A stretch of DNA of 64,000 nucleotides from NCBI GenBank assembly GCA_965216635.1, contig OZ244188.1, forward strand, positions 864,001 through 928,000. The letters are read 5' to 3'. The notes under the pieces are model-generated. The model saw only the letters and a list, made by a program, of their open reading frames with translations. It made no database searches and was not told where the DNA came from. Position numbers and translations under genes: made by a program. Below, piece by piece: positions 20,165 through 29,574 of the stretch; within the stretch, counting starts at the first letter, position 1; the number at the start of each line of letters is the position of its first letter. The DNA is from a bacterium. GTDB taxonomy: Bacteria; SAR324; XYD2-FULL-50-16; G965216635.

Positions 20165-21714
20165 TTCATCAGGTAGAAAATTTTTTTCAACTCTTTTACT
20201 CTTATAAAATAACAACTGATAAAATAAGTCAAGCAAGAAATAAGCAGACTTGCAAAGAAATGAAAATATACATTTGTAGTTTGCCAGAAACTAAACCAAT
20301 AGAGAACAAGAATCAGCAAAGCCAAAGGTAGTAACTGTTTTAAAAAATTAAAGAAAAAATCCAAATGAAAAGCTGATTTCAGTTTTTTGGGAAGAAAAAA
20401 CAGATTGAGTAGAAATAAAAAAGCTTGACTCACAGAACTAGATAAGGCAATTCCAGCGTGCCCTATAAGAGGAGCACTATACCAACACAAAATCGCATTG
20501 ACGAGCATTGCCCCGAAAGCAAGATAGGCTGTTCTTTTAAAAAACTGCATACTGTGCATACTAGCTGTCAATATTCTATTCCAAGAAATAAAAAAAAGTC
20601 CCGGGGCGTGAAACAAAAGGGCTTTAAATGTAAGCTCTAGCGAGTTTTGATTAAATTCTCCTCTTAAAAAAAGAATTTGGATAATATCTTTCCCTGTAAA
20701 AATCAAGCCGACTGTAATGGGTAAAGTGATAAAACTAGTCAACAATAAGGTAGTTTTTAATTTTTTTTGTGCTTGAATGAAATTTTTCTTGACAATCAAA
20801 GAAGATAGTTGTGGTAAAAGCACAGTAGTAATAGATACAACCAAAACCCCTAAAACTAACTCTAGTAGACGGTTAGATAAGGTCAAGGAAGTGATAGCCC
20901 CTGTGTAAAGGGATGATGCAATAAAATAGCTAATTACAATATTGATTTGATAAATACCTGCGCTAAAAAATCCAGGTAACATCTTTCGGAAAACATCTCG
21001 CACTGTCTCATCTTTAAAAGTAAATTTTCTCCAGAATTTGTAGCCTTGTTTGTGGATAAAAATATGCGAAAAAGAAAGTTGCACTACTCCTCCTAAAAGG
21101 ACGCCTAAAGCCAATCCTAAAACGGCGTTCTGAATACTGTCTCCTAAAAACAATCCTAAAACAACAATAGCTATATTGAGTAAAACGGGACTAAAAGCAG
21201 AAGGGATAAAAACAGAATGATAGTTTAAAATTCCTTGATAGATAGCAGTCAGCGAGATAAGTAAAATATAAAAAAACATTACTCGGGTCAGAAAAATACT
21301 CTGCTCCAATACCAAACCCTCAAAACCTGCTGCCAAAAAATTGCCGATAATCCAAGGAGCAGCTGTTATAAACAATACGCAAAAAAGTAGTAATAAAAAA
21401 AAAAGAGTCCAAAAAAAATTTCTGGCGAATTCCTTTGCCCGCAATTCTCCTTTTTCCTTGTAAATTTTTGTAAAGTTTGGAATAAAAGTTGTCAGCATTG
21501 CTCCTTCTGCAGTAAAACGGCGAAAAAGATTTGGTACTGCATAAGCCAAATAAAAGGCATCACTGTAAAGTGTAGTTCCTAGTAGACTGGTAATTACAAT
21601 TTCTCGAAGCAAACCAAAAATTCTACTTAAAAAAGTAATAGCTCCTACTCCAAAAACTTTTTTTAATAATAGTGACTGATTATCTTGTTGATTGTTTTTT
21701 TGTTTCTCTTTCAT
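20161..21714 (-). CDS. murJ: Lipid II flippase MurJ
   Basis: Motifs LSRIFGLLRE, PNLFRRFTAEGA, RLLELVLG. Multi-TM, 517 aa. Confidence 0.95.
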   Translation of the reverse strand: MKEKQKNNQQDNQSLLLKKVFGVGAITFLSRIFGLLREIVITSLLGTTLYSDAFYLAYAVPNLFRRFTAEGAMLTTFIPNFTKIYKEKGELRAKEFARNFFWTLFFLLLLFCVLFITAAPWIIGNFLAAGFEGLVLEQSIFLTRVMFFYILLISLTAIYQGILNYHSVFIPSAFSPVLLNIAIVVLGLFLGDSIQNAVLGLALGVLLGGVVQLSFSHIFIHKQGYKFWRKFTFKDETVRDVFRKMLPGFFSAGIYQINIVISYFIASSLYTGAITSLTLSNRLLELVLGVLVVSITTVLLPQLSSLIVKKNFIQAQKKLKTTLLLTSFITLPITVGLIFTGKDIIQILFLRGEFNQNSLELTFKALLFHAPGLFFISWNRILTASMHSMQFFKRTAYLAFGAMLVNAILCWYSAPLIGHAGIALSSSVSQAFLFLLNLFFLPKKLKSAFHLDFFFNFLKQLLPLALLILVLYWFSFWQTTNVYFHFFASLLISCLTYFISCYFIRVKELKKIFYLMK

Positions 21715-21734
21715 ATAATAGTATTATTACATAG

Positions 21735-21938
21735 TATAGACTTTTGAATTTGCATTATGTTTAGCCAAAGCAAGCTTATTGCTTTTACGCCAATACAAGC
21801 TTTAAGTTTTGTAGTGCCTGGTCACATTATTGTGGCACTACGATATTCCAGCGAGCTAAAAATTTTTTTCGCACCTGTTCTAACCATTTGGCTAGCCCCA
21901 ATAGTGGGGTAAGCATCAGCGAAATTCAAAGGTCTATA
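21735..21938. mobile_element. MITE-like palindromic element copy
   Basis: Ends TATAGACTTTTGAATTT / AAATTCAAAGGTCTATA. Contains the GTAGTGCC...GGCACTAC hairpin and the CACCTGTTCTAACCATTTGGCTAGCC module. Confidence 0.8.
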
Positions 21939-21970
21939 GTAATGGTATTAAAAAACAATTTTTAAAAAAT

Positions 21971-22186
21971 ATGGATAAAAATACAATAAATTTGGAATCT
22001 ACAATAACCTGTCCTAAATGCGATTTTCAAACAAAAGAAATTATGCCTACTGGTAGCTGCCAGTGTTTTTATCAATGTCAAAATTGCGGGGAACTACTGC
22101 AATCTCAAAAAGGAGATTGTTGCGTTTTTTGTTCTTATGGTAGTGTAGTCTGCCCTCCTATTCAAAAAGGTAATAGTTGCTGTTAG
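21971..22186 (+). CDS. GDCCVxC domain-containing Cys-rich small protein
   Basis: ITCPKC...MPTGSCQCFYQCQNC...KGDCCVFCSYG...CPPIQ. Confidence 0.9.
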   Translation: MDKNTINLESTITCPKCDFQTKEIMPTGSCQCFYQCQNCGELLQSQKGDCCVFCSYGSVVCPPIQKGNSCC

Positions 22187-22207
22187 TGAATTTAGAAAAT
22201 GATCTTA

Positions 22208-22775
22208 ATATGCTGAAAAAATCGCAAAATCTTAACATATAAACCTTGATATGTTAAAAAAATCGCAAAATCTTAACATATAAACCTTGATATGTTAAAA
22301 AAATCGCAAAATCTTAACATATAAACCTTGATATGTTAAAAAAATCGCAAAATCTTAACATATAAACCTTGATATGTTAAAAAAATCGCAAAATCTTAAC
22401 ATATAAACCTTGATATGTTAAAAAAATCGCAAAATCTTAACATATAAACCTTGATATGTTAAAGAAATCGCAAAATCTTAACATATAAACCTTGATATGT
22501 TAAAAAAATCGCAAAATCTTAACATATAAACCTTGATATGTTAAAGAAATCACAAAATCTTAACATATAAACCTTGATATGTTAAAAAAATCGCAAAATC
22601 TTAACATATAAACCTTGATATGTTAAAAAAATCGCAAAATCTTAACATATAAACCTTGATATGTTAAAAAAATCGCAAAATCTTAACATATCAGCTATGA
22701 TGTGTTAAAGAAATCGCAAAATCTTAACATATCAGCTATGATGTGTTAAAGAAATCGCAAAATCTTAACATATCA
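22208..22775. repeat. Tandem array of 14 x 41-bp palindromic units
   Basis: Unit ATATGTTAA-AAAAATCGCAAAATC-TTAACATAT-AAACCTTG, with exact 41-bp periodicity from 22208 to 22741. The last copy is partial and the 3' copies carry a variant linker. Confidence 0.97.
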
Positions 22776-22781
22776 CTTCTT

Positions 22782-23885
22782 ATGGCAATGCAAAAACTTC
22801 CCTTTAAAAATATAGAAATAGAAAATATTTCTCTTTTACGGTTCGCAGCACAAGTGCAAGGAGATTTAGGTCAAGTCAACGGTCTTGCTAAAAGCATTCC
22901 CAATCAAGATATTCTTTTGTCTCTTTTACCAATACAAGAAGCACAGTTTAGCTCAGAAATTGAAAATATTGTAACCACTAGCGATGATCTGTATAAAGCA
23001 CAGATAACAAAAAAAAAATATTCTCCTAATATTAAAGAAGTGCAAAACTATGTTCAAGCATTGAGAAAAGGATTTGATATTGTAAAAAAAGATAAATTAT
23101 TGTCGAATAGGACTATTTGCAAAATACAAGAGACTCTAACAGGCAATAACGCAGGTTTTAGAACTCAAGCAGGCACCCACTTAAAAAATGATTCAGGAGA
23201 AATAGTCTATACACCGCCTCAAAATGGTAAAGAAATAACAAACTTAATGAAAAATTTAGAGGTTTTTATCAATGATAACTCCATTAGCAAAATGAACCCT
23301 TTAATAAAAATGGCATTGATTCACCACCAGTTTGAAAGTATCCACCCTTTTTACGATGGTAATGGAAGAACAGGTAGGATTATCAATATTTTATATCTAC
23401 ATCTGCAAGGATTATCAGATTTACCTATTCTTTATTTAAGCGGTTATATTATTGAGAATAAGGATAACTATTATAAATTGTTACAAAATACTAGAGAAAA
23501 AAATACTTGGGAGCAATGGATTCATTTTATGCTAATGGGCATTGGTATAACTGCTTTAGAAACAGTTTTTTTAATCAATCAAATATACGCTCTAATGCTA
23601 GAATTTAAAACAACCATTAGAAAACAATACGCAAAAATATACAGTCAAGATTTGATTAATACACTCTTTAAATACCCTTATACAAAAATAGATTTTGTCA
23701 GCAAAGAGCTTATGCTGACTAGACAAACTGCTTCAAGATATCTGCATAACCTATATAAAATCGGATTATTGGAAAAAACAATTGTGGGGAGAGATTCTTA
23801 TTTTATCAACAAAAAACTCATCCACACCTTTATCAATGCTAAAAAAAAATTTTACGATCCTATGCAAAAAAATTCTGCTAACTAA
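22782..23885 (+). CDS. Fic-family adenylyltransferase (SoFic-like) with C-terminal wHTH
   Basis: Inhibitory-helix-like SSEIENI, active site HPFYDGNGRTGR, C-terminal 'LTRQTASRYLHNL..IGLL'. ATG at 22782 is in frame with the listed GTG at 22743, which lies inside the repeat. Confidence 0.92.
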   Translation: MAMQKLPFKNIEIENISLLRFAAQVQGDLGQVNGLAKSIPNQDILLSLLPIQEAQFSSEIENIVTTSDDLYKAQITKKKYSPNIKEVQNYVQALRKGFDIVKKDKLLSNRTICKIQETLTGNNAGFRTQAGTHLKNDSGEIVYTPPQNGKEITNLMKNLEVFINDNSISKMNPLIKMALIHHQFESIHPFYDGNGRTGRIINILYLHLQGLSDLPILYLSGYIIENKDNYYKLLQNTREKNTWEQWIHFMLMGIGITALETVFLINQIYALMLEFKTTIRKQYAKIYSQDLINTLFKYPYTKIDFVSKELMLTRQTASRYLHNLYKIGLLEKTIVGRDSYFINKKLIHTFINAKKKFYDPMQKNSAN

Positions 23886-24553
23886 CTGTTGTTGATTTTT
23901 TGTTGTAAATTTTTTAGATTTTTTGCTACTGATTGTTTTTTATTGAACACAGCGGAGCCTGCAACTACAATGTCTGCTCCTGTTTTAACAACCTGCTCTA
24001 TATTCTCTGCTTTTACTCCTCCGTCCACTTCTATAGGAATTTTTATTTTTTGCTGCTCCATCATTGTTTGGATTTGTCCTATTTTTGCGAGACATTCGGG
24101 GAGTAAAGTTTGCCCACCAAAACCCGGATTGACAGTCATCACTACAATAAAATCTAGTTCTGCAAAAAAAGGTTCTAATTTTTCTACCTTAGTCGGAGGT
24201 GAGATTGCCAAACCGCAGCGAACATTTTTTGTCTTTATAGTTCTTAATAATTGCAAGCATTTTTCTTCTTCTGGTAAAGCTTCCCAGTGAAAACTTAACC
24301 AATCTGCTCCTGCTTGTATAAAATCAGCAACGTATTTTTGGGGATTTTCTATCATCAAATGCACATCAAAAGGGATGGAAAAATCAGGGCGGATAGAACG
24401 AATCAAATCTGCTCCAAAAGTCAGGTTAGGTACAAAATTACCGTCCATCACATCCAAATGAAGGATATCCAATCCAGCAGACACCGCCTCTTTAATCTGC
24501 GCTGATAAACAACCAAAATTTGCCGTTAAAATAGAGGCTGCTAATTGTTTCAT
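23882..24553 (-). CDS. rpe: Ribulose-phosphate 3-epimerase
   Basis: Motifs HLDVMDGNFVPN, DVHLM, MTVNPGFGGQ, EVDGG, AGSAVF. Confidence 0.97.
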   Translation of the reverse strand: MKQLAASILTANFGCLSAQIKEAVSAGLDILHLDVMDGNFVPNLTFGADLIRSIRPDFSIPFDVHLMIENPQKYVADFIQAGADWLSFHWEALPEEEKCLQLLRTIKTKNVRCGLAISPPTKVEKLEPFFAELDFIVVMTVNPGFGGQTLLPECLAKIGQIQTMMEQQKIKIPIEVDGGVKAENIEQVVKTGADIVVAGSAVFNKKQSVAKNLKNLQQKINNS

Positions 24554-24644
24554 TTTTTTTTTTGAGAAATAGTTTTATTATTAATTTAAAAGTATCATAT
24601 TGAGATAAGATTGCAAATGAACTATTAGACAAAAACATATACAA

Positions 24645-24972
24645 TAGACTTTTGAATTTGCCAAATAGGACAAAACTAACTGTTTAGCCAAAGCAAGCTT
24701 ATTGCTTTTACGCCAATACAGGCTTTAGCAAAAGAGCCAAATGGTCATACCAGTGGCTCTTTTGCAGTCTATATTGTGTTAGCTTTAAGTTTTGTAGTGC
24801 CTGGTCTCATTATTGTGGCACTACGCCATTAAAAAAAATTTTTAACTCTTGCCATTTGTGAAGAAATGCTCTTCAGTATTCCCGCGAGCTAAAAATTTTT
24901 TTCGCACCTGTTCTAACCATTTGGCTAGCCGTCACAGCTAGTTTTGTCCTATTTGGCAAATTCAAAGGTCTA
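24645..24972. mobile_element. MITE-like palindromic element copy with long (about 37 bp) terminal inverted repeats
   Basis: GACTTTTGAATTTGCCAAATAGGACAAAACTAACTGT ... ACAGCTAGTTTTGTCCTATTTGGCAAATTCAAAGGTC, flanked by TA. Several internal hairpin modules. Confidence 0.85.
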
Positions 24973-25056
24973 CAATATAAAGAAAAAATTGGACTAGAAA
25001 AGTTATTTATAGCACTTTGACTAAAACCTTTGGTTTAAGAACATTAGAGAACATTT

Positions 25057-28000
25057 ATGCAAACATCATTCATTACCAACCAAAAAAACAATACCCTTAA
25101 AAAGAGAATTGAAACTCTTACTAAAGACAGTTCATTTTTTGATTGTCTTGTAGGTTATTTTTATTCCAGTGGTTTTAGTGCCCTCTACCCATCTCTACAA
25201 CCTATAGAAAAAATTAGAATTTTAATTGGCATTAACACCGATCAGAAAATTATAGAAAATACAGAACAAGCCAAAGAGCAATCTCAACTTCCTCTTTCAC
25301 ACGCCGAAACCGAACAAGAATTTGCAAACCTCGTTCAAAAAGAAATGGAAGAATCAGAGGACAGTAGCTCTGTTGAAGAAGGAGTAAAAAAATTTATAGA
25401 GTGGATTGAAAACAAAAAACTGGAAATAAGAGTTTATCCGTCACGGAATATTCACGCCAAACTTTATATTATGACCTTTAAGAAAGGCGATAGAAATAAA
25501 GGCTGCGTTATTACTGGTTCTAGCAATTTAACTAAGAATGGCTTGGAAGATAACCTTGAATTTAATGTAGAGTTAAGAGACGATAGCGATTATGATTTTG
25601 CAGAAAACAAATTTGCTGAACTATGGAAAGATGGAGTAGATGTTAATGAAAAATATATTCAAACAATTCAGAACAAAACTTTTTTTAAAGAAATCACACC
25701 TTATCATCTATACCTAAAATTTCTTTACGAATATTTTCAAGATGAGTTAAGCATTAGCGGTAAAATAACTAACCAGTATAGCCCGCATGGATTTAAAGAG
25801 TATGAATACCAAACACAAGCTGTACAGAACGCCAAAAAAATCTTGCTTGCTTATGGTGGTGTTTTCATTTCCGATGTTGTAGGACTAGGCAAAACTTATA
25901 TTTCGGCAATGCTTGCAAACCAACTGGACGGAAGGACTCTTGTAATTGCTCCACCCGTTTTAATAGAAGAATCCAACCGCGGTTCTTGGCGTAATATTTT
26001 TTCCGATTTTAAGATTGCAGCTGATTTTGAATCACTGGGAAAATTGGATAATTTAATTAACAGAGGAGTTGATAAATATACCAATATTATTATTGATGAG
26101 GCTCATCGCTTTCGCACAGAAACCAACACTACTTACGAAAAATTAGCAATAATATGTCGTGGTAAAAAACTCATTCTAGTAACTGCTACACCTTATAATA
26201 ATAGCCCGCAAGATATTTTAAGTCTTTTAAAATTATTCCAAAAAACCAAAAAAAGCACCATTCCCAATGTTGCTGATTTGGAATCTTTTTTTGGTGATTT
26301 AGAAAAAGAGCTGAAAAAAATAGATAAAAATAAAAATTATGCTGAATACCTAAAGCAGGTGAAAAATAATGCTCGTGAGATACGCAACCAAATATTGAAG
26401 CATTTGATGGTCAGACGCACCCGCAAAGAAATCAAAGAATATTTTTATAAAAATACAGACCCAGCAAAATCTGGACTTAAATTTCCAGAAGTCAAACCTC
26501 CGCAAGCTTTATTTTATGAACTCAATGAAGAAGAAAATAATATTTTTGATAGAACGATTGAGCTGATTACCAAAAATTTAAAATACGCACGTTATACCCC
26601 GTTGCTCTATCATGAAAATAAAATTTCTCAAGACGAACAGTCCCAAAAAAATATGGGACGATTTATGAAAATTTTGCTAATCAAAAGATTGGAAAGTAGT
26701 TTTTATGCTTTTAAGAAATCAGTAACAAGATTCTTAAATTCTTATAAAAATTTTATAGAAACACTAGACAGTGGTTTTGTTTATCTAAGTAAAAACTATA
26801 CTAATAAAATATTTGAATTTTTAGACAATGACGATGACGAGGCAGTTGAGCAATTAATTCAAGAAAGCAAGGCACAAAAATATGTAAGCGAAGAGTTTAA
26901 CGATGATTTTAAAAAAGATTTGGAATCAGACTTAAATATTTTAAAAAAAATTCAAACACTTTGGCAGCAGGTAGACCGTGACCCAAAATTGCTAAAATTT
27001 TTAAACGAACTATCCAATAATGTGATCTTAAAAGACAAACACCTTATTATCTTTACCGAATCCAAAGAAACCGCCCAATACTTATTTGAGAATATCAACA
27101 AAAAAATAGGCAAAGTACTTTTATTCACTGGTGCTTCCAATGACTCTATCCGTAAAGAAGTGCTTGCCAATTTTGATGCAAATGCTCGGGATAAAAAACA
27201 AAATCACCGCATTCTTATTTCCACTGAAGTTTTATCAGAAGGAGTCAATTTGCACCGAGCTAATGTGGTAATAAACTACGATATTCCTTGGAATCCAACG
27301 AGAATGATGCAAAGAGTAGGTAGGATCAATCGTATAGATACATCTTTTGAAGAGATTTATATTTTTAATTTTTTTCCCACCAAACAATCTAACGAGCAAA
27401 TCAACCTCAAAAAAATAGCAGAGACTAAAATTCATTCTTTTTTAACTCTACTTGGCGGAGATGCACATTTATTAACCGAAGGTGAACCAATAGGTTCTCA
27501 CGAATTATTTGACCGTTTAACCTCAAAAAAAATAGTAGAAGAAGACGAAGAAGAAAGTGAATTAAAATATCTAGCCGTTATCCGTGAAATTCAAGAAAAA
27601 GACAGCGAGCTTTTTAAAAAAATAAAACAACTACCTAAAAAAGCCCGCAGTTCAAAACAAACCAAAGATTCTATTGCTACACTTGTCACTTATTTTAGAA
27701 AAGGAAAATTGCAAAAATTTTTTCAATCGTCTTTACAAAAAGCAGAAGAATTGGATTTTATTGCTGCTGCTAAATTATTAGAAAGCAACCCCAATCAAAA
27801 AACACAAAATGAGCCTAAAGAAATATACGAATTTTTAGGTAACAACAAACAAGCCTTTAAAGAAGCCACTACAGAAGCAAGTTCTATTAGCTCCAAGAAA
27901 CGAAGAAGTAATAGAGATTTGAGTATTATGAAAATTTTGAAAGCAACCAGAAAAAATAACGAACAGCTTACTGACACACAAGAAAAATATCTTGAAAAAA

Positions 28001-28221
28001 TGATTACCCAATTAAAAGAAGGAGGTCTACCCGAACAAACAAAAAAAAATATTTCAACTGCTCTAAAAGAACTCAAAGAAGAGAAAAAGAATCCGCTTAA
28101 AGTATTAGCAATTCTACAAAACAAAATTTCTGATAAACTACTGCAAAACCACTATGTTGAACAAAGCTTTTTAGTATCTGGAAAAAGAGAGGTTATCCTT
28201 TCTCTATACTTAAGTAAATAA
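25057..28221 (+). CDS. PLD(HKD)-nuclease / SNF2-like helicase fusion, probable restriction subunit
   Basis: PLD motif HAKLY...ITGSSNLT...NLEFN. Helicase motifs DVVGLGKT, IIIDEAH, TATP, SEGVNL, QRVGRINR. Confidence 0.9.
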   Translation: MQTSFITNQKNNTLKKRIETLTKDSSFFDCLVGYFYSSGFSALYPSLQPIEKIRILIGINTDQKIIENTEQAKEQSQLPLSHAETEQEFANLVQKEMEESEDSSSVEEGVKKFIEWIENKKLEIRVYPSRNIHAKLYIMTFKKGDRNKGCVITGSSNLTKNGLEDNLEFNVELRDDSDYDFAENKFAELWKDGVDVNEKYIQTIQNKTFFKEITPYHLYLKFLYEYFQDELSISGKITNQYSPHGFKEYEYQTQAVQNAKKILLAYGGVFISDVVGLGKTYISAMLANQLDGRTLVIAPPVLIEESNRGSWRNIFSDFKIAADFESLGKLDNLINRGVDKYTNIIIDEAHRFRTETNTTYEKLAIICRGKKLILVTATPYNNSPQDILSLLKLFQKTKKSTIPNVADLESFFGDLEKELKKIDKNKNYAEYLKQVKNNAREIRNQILKHLMVRRTRKEIKEYFYKNTDPAKSGLKFPEVKPPQALFYELNEEENNIFDRTIELITKNLKYARYTPLLYHENKISQDEQSQKNMGRFMKILLIKRLESSFYAFKKSVTRFLNSYKNFIETLDSGFVYLSKNYTNKIFEFLDNDDDEAVEQLIQESKAQKYVSEEFNDDFKKDLESDLNILKKIQTLWQQVDRDPKLLKFLNELSNNVILKDKHLIIFTESKETAQYLFENINKKIGKVLLFTGASNDSIRKEVLANFDANARDKKQNHRILISTEVLSEGVNLHRANVVINYDIPWNPTRMMQRVGRINRIDTSFEEIYIFNFFPTKQSNEQINLKKIAETKIHSFLTLLGGDAHLLTEGEPIGSHELFDRLTSKKIVEEDEEESELKYLAVIREIQEKDSELFKKIKQLPKKARSSKQTKDSIATLVTYFRKGKLQKFFQSSLQKAEELDFIAAAKLLESNPNQKTQNEPKEIYEFLGNNKQAFKEATTEASSISSKKRRSNRDLSIMKILKATRKNNEQLTDTQEKYLEKMITQLKEGGLPEQTKKNISTALKELKEEKKNPLKVLAILQNKISDKLLQNHYVEQSFLVSGKREVILSLYLSK

Positions 28222-28224
28222 ATT

Positions 28225-29574
28225 ATGAAAAAAAAAGAATCTCAATCTATAGAATACAAGCAGTCGTGGCGAAATGATACGCTAAAATCTATTTCTGCTT
28301 TTGCAAATAGCAAAGGAGGAGTGGTTTATATCGGTATAGACGACCGCGGCAAGCCTACAAAACTTCTTAATCCCAGAAAACTACTTGAAGATATTCCCAA
28401 TACAACGCGTAATAAACTTGGAATCATTCCTTCTGTTGAATTAGAAAATTTAAAAAACAATGAAATCATCAAAATCACCATTAAACAAAACACAGTTCCA
28501 ATATCTTATGAAGGTAAATACTACCGCAGAAGTGGTAGCACAGTGCAAGAATTACAAGGCAAAGAACTAGCCGAATTTCTTTTAGAAAAAACAGGGAGAA
28601 CATGGGATGATATTACTGATAAGAAAATCAAGATTAGCGACATAGATACATCTACTTTAGAAAAATTCAAGCAAGATTCTAGAGACAGACTGCCATCTAT
28701 TACGAAAAATAAAAATATAAAAACTATCTTACAAAAATTACACCTTTTAGACGGTAAAGATTTTAAGCGAGCAACTATTCTTCTCTTTGGTAAAGATCCA
28801 CAATCATTTTTTCAGCAATCTTTTGTTAAAATTGGTAAATTTCTTTCACGAACAGAAACTCAAACGACAGATATTGTACAAGGTAATCTATTCCAACAAC
28901 TAGAAAATGTGCTTGAAATACTTCGCACCAAATATCTAATAAGCAATATTGAATACGAAGATATCCACCGTCGTGATATTCTTGAATATCCTTATGAAGC
29001 ACTGCGAGAAGCTATAATTAACGCTTTGATTCATCGTGATTATTCAATCACATCACAAATTCAAATTAAGGTATATCCTGATAAACTAATAATTATGAAC
29101 GAAGGAAAACTACCGCAAGGAATTTCCGTGTCTAAATTAAAAACTGAACACATTTCTAAACCTAGAAATCAACTGCTAGCAATGATTTTTTATTATGCTG
29201 GTTATTTTGAAGGGTGGGGGCAAGGAACACTAAAAATTATTGAAGAATGCACAAAAAAAGGACTACCTGAACCAGATTTTATAGAGCAAAAAGGAGTTAT
29301 GCAGATAGTTTTTCATAAAGATAGATGGAACAAAAAAAGCCTGCAGAAACTAGGATTGAACAAACGACAAATTAAAGTTGTACTCTATGTGAAAGAGCAC
29401 GGGGAAATTATCAACCAAAAGTATCAAGAAATTTTTAAAGTATCTGAGCGAACTGCAACGCGTGATCTAACAAATTTATGTGATATGATGATTTTGCAAC
29501 AAATAGGAACAACAGGAAAAGGAACCAAGTATGTTTTAGTAAGTGATAATAAAGACGCCATAAAGACGCCATAA
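28225..29574 (+). CDS. AlbA_2 (Schlafen-like) + ATP-binding (HATPase_c_4/'RecG-like') + HTH protein
   Basis: 'ESQSIEYKQ...SAFANSKGG...IGIDD', 'ALREAIINALIHRDY', 'SKPRN', and C-terminal HTH 'VSERTATRDL'. Confidence 0.88.
   Translation: MKKKESQSIEYKQSWRNDTLKSISAFANSKGGVVYIGIDDRGKPTKLLNPRKLLEDIPNTTRNKLGIIPSVELENLKNNEIIKITIKQNTVPISYEGKYYRRSGSTVQELQGKELAEFLLEKTGRTWDDITDKKIKISDIDTSTLEKFKQDSRDRLPSITKNKNIKTILQKLHLLDGKDFKRATILLFGKDPQSFFQQSFVKIGKFLSRTETQTTDIVQGNLFQQLENVLEILRTKYLISNIEYEDIHRRDILEYPYEALREAIINALIHRDYSITSQIQIKVYPDKLIIMNEGKLPQGISVSKLKTEHISKPRNQLLAMIFYYAGYFEGWGQGTLKIIEECTKKGLPEPDFIEQKGVMQIVFHKDRWNKKSLQKLGLNKRQIKVVLYVKEHGEIINQKYQEIFKVSERTATRDLTNLCDMMILQQIGTTGKGTKYVLVSDNKDAIKTP

Noticed and set aside
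21971..22186. Selenoprotein recoding in the GDCCVxC protein
   Set aside because: There is no in-frame TGA, and all Cys are standard codons.
22208..22775. CRISPR array or plasmid iterons
   Set aside because: Linkers are 8 bp and nearly invariant. No cas or rep gene is adjacent.
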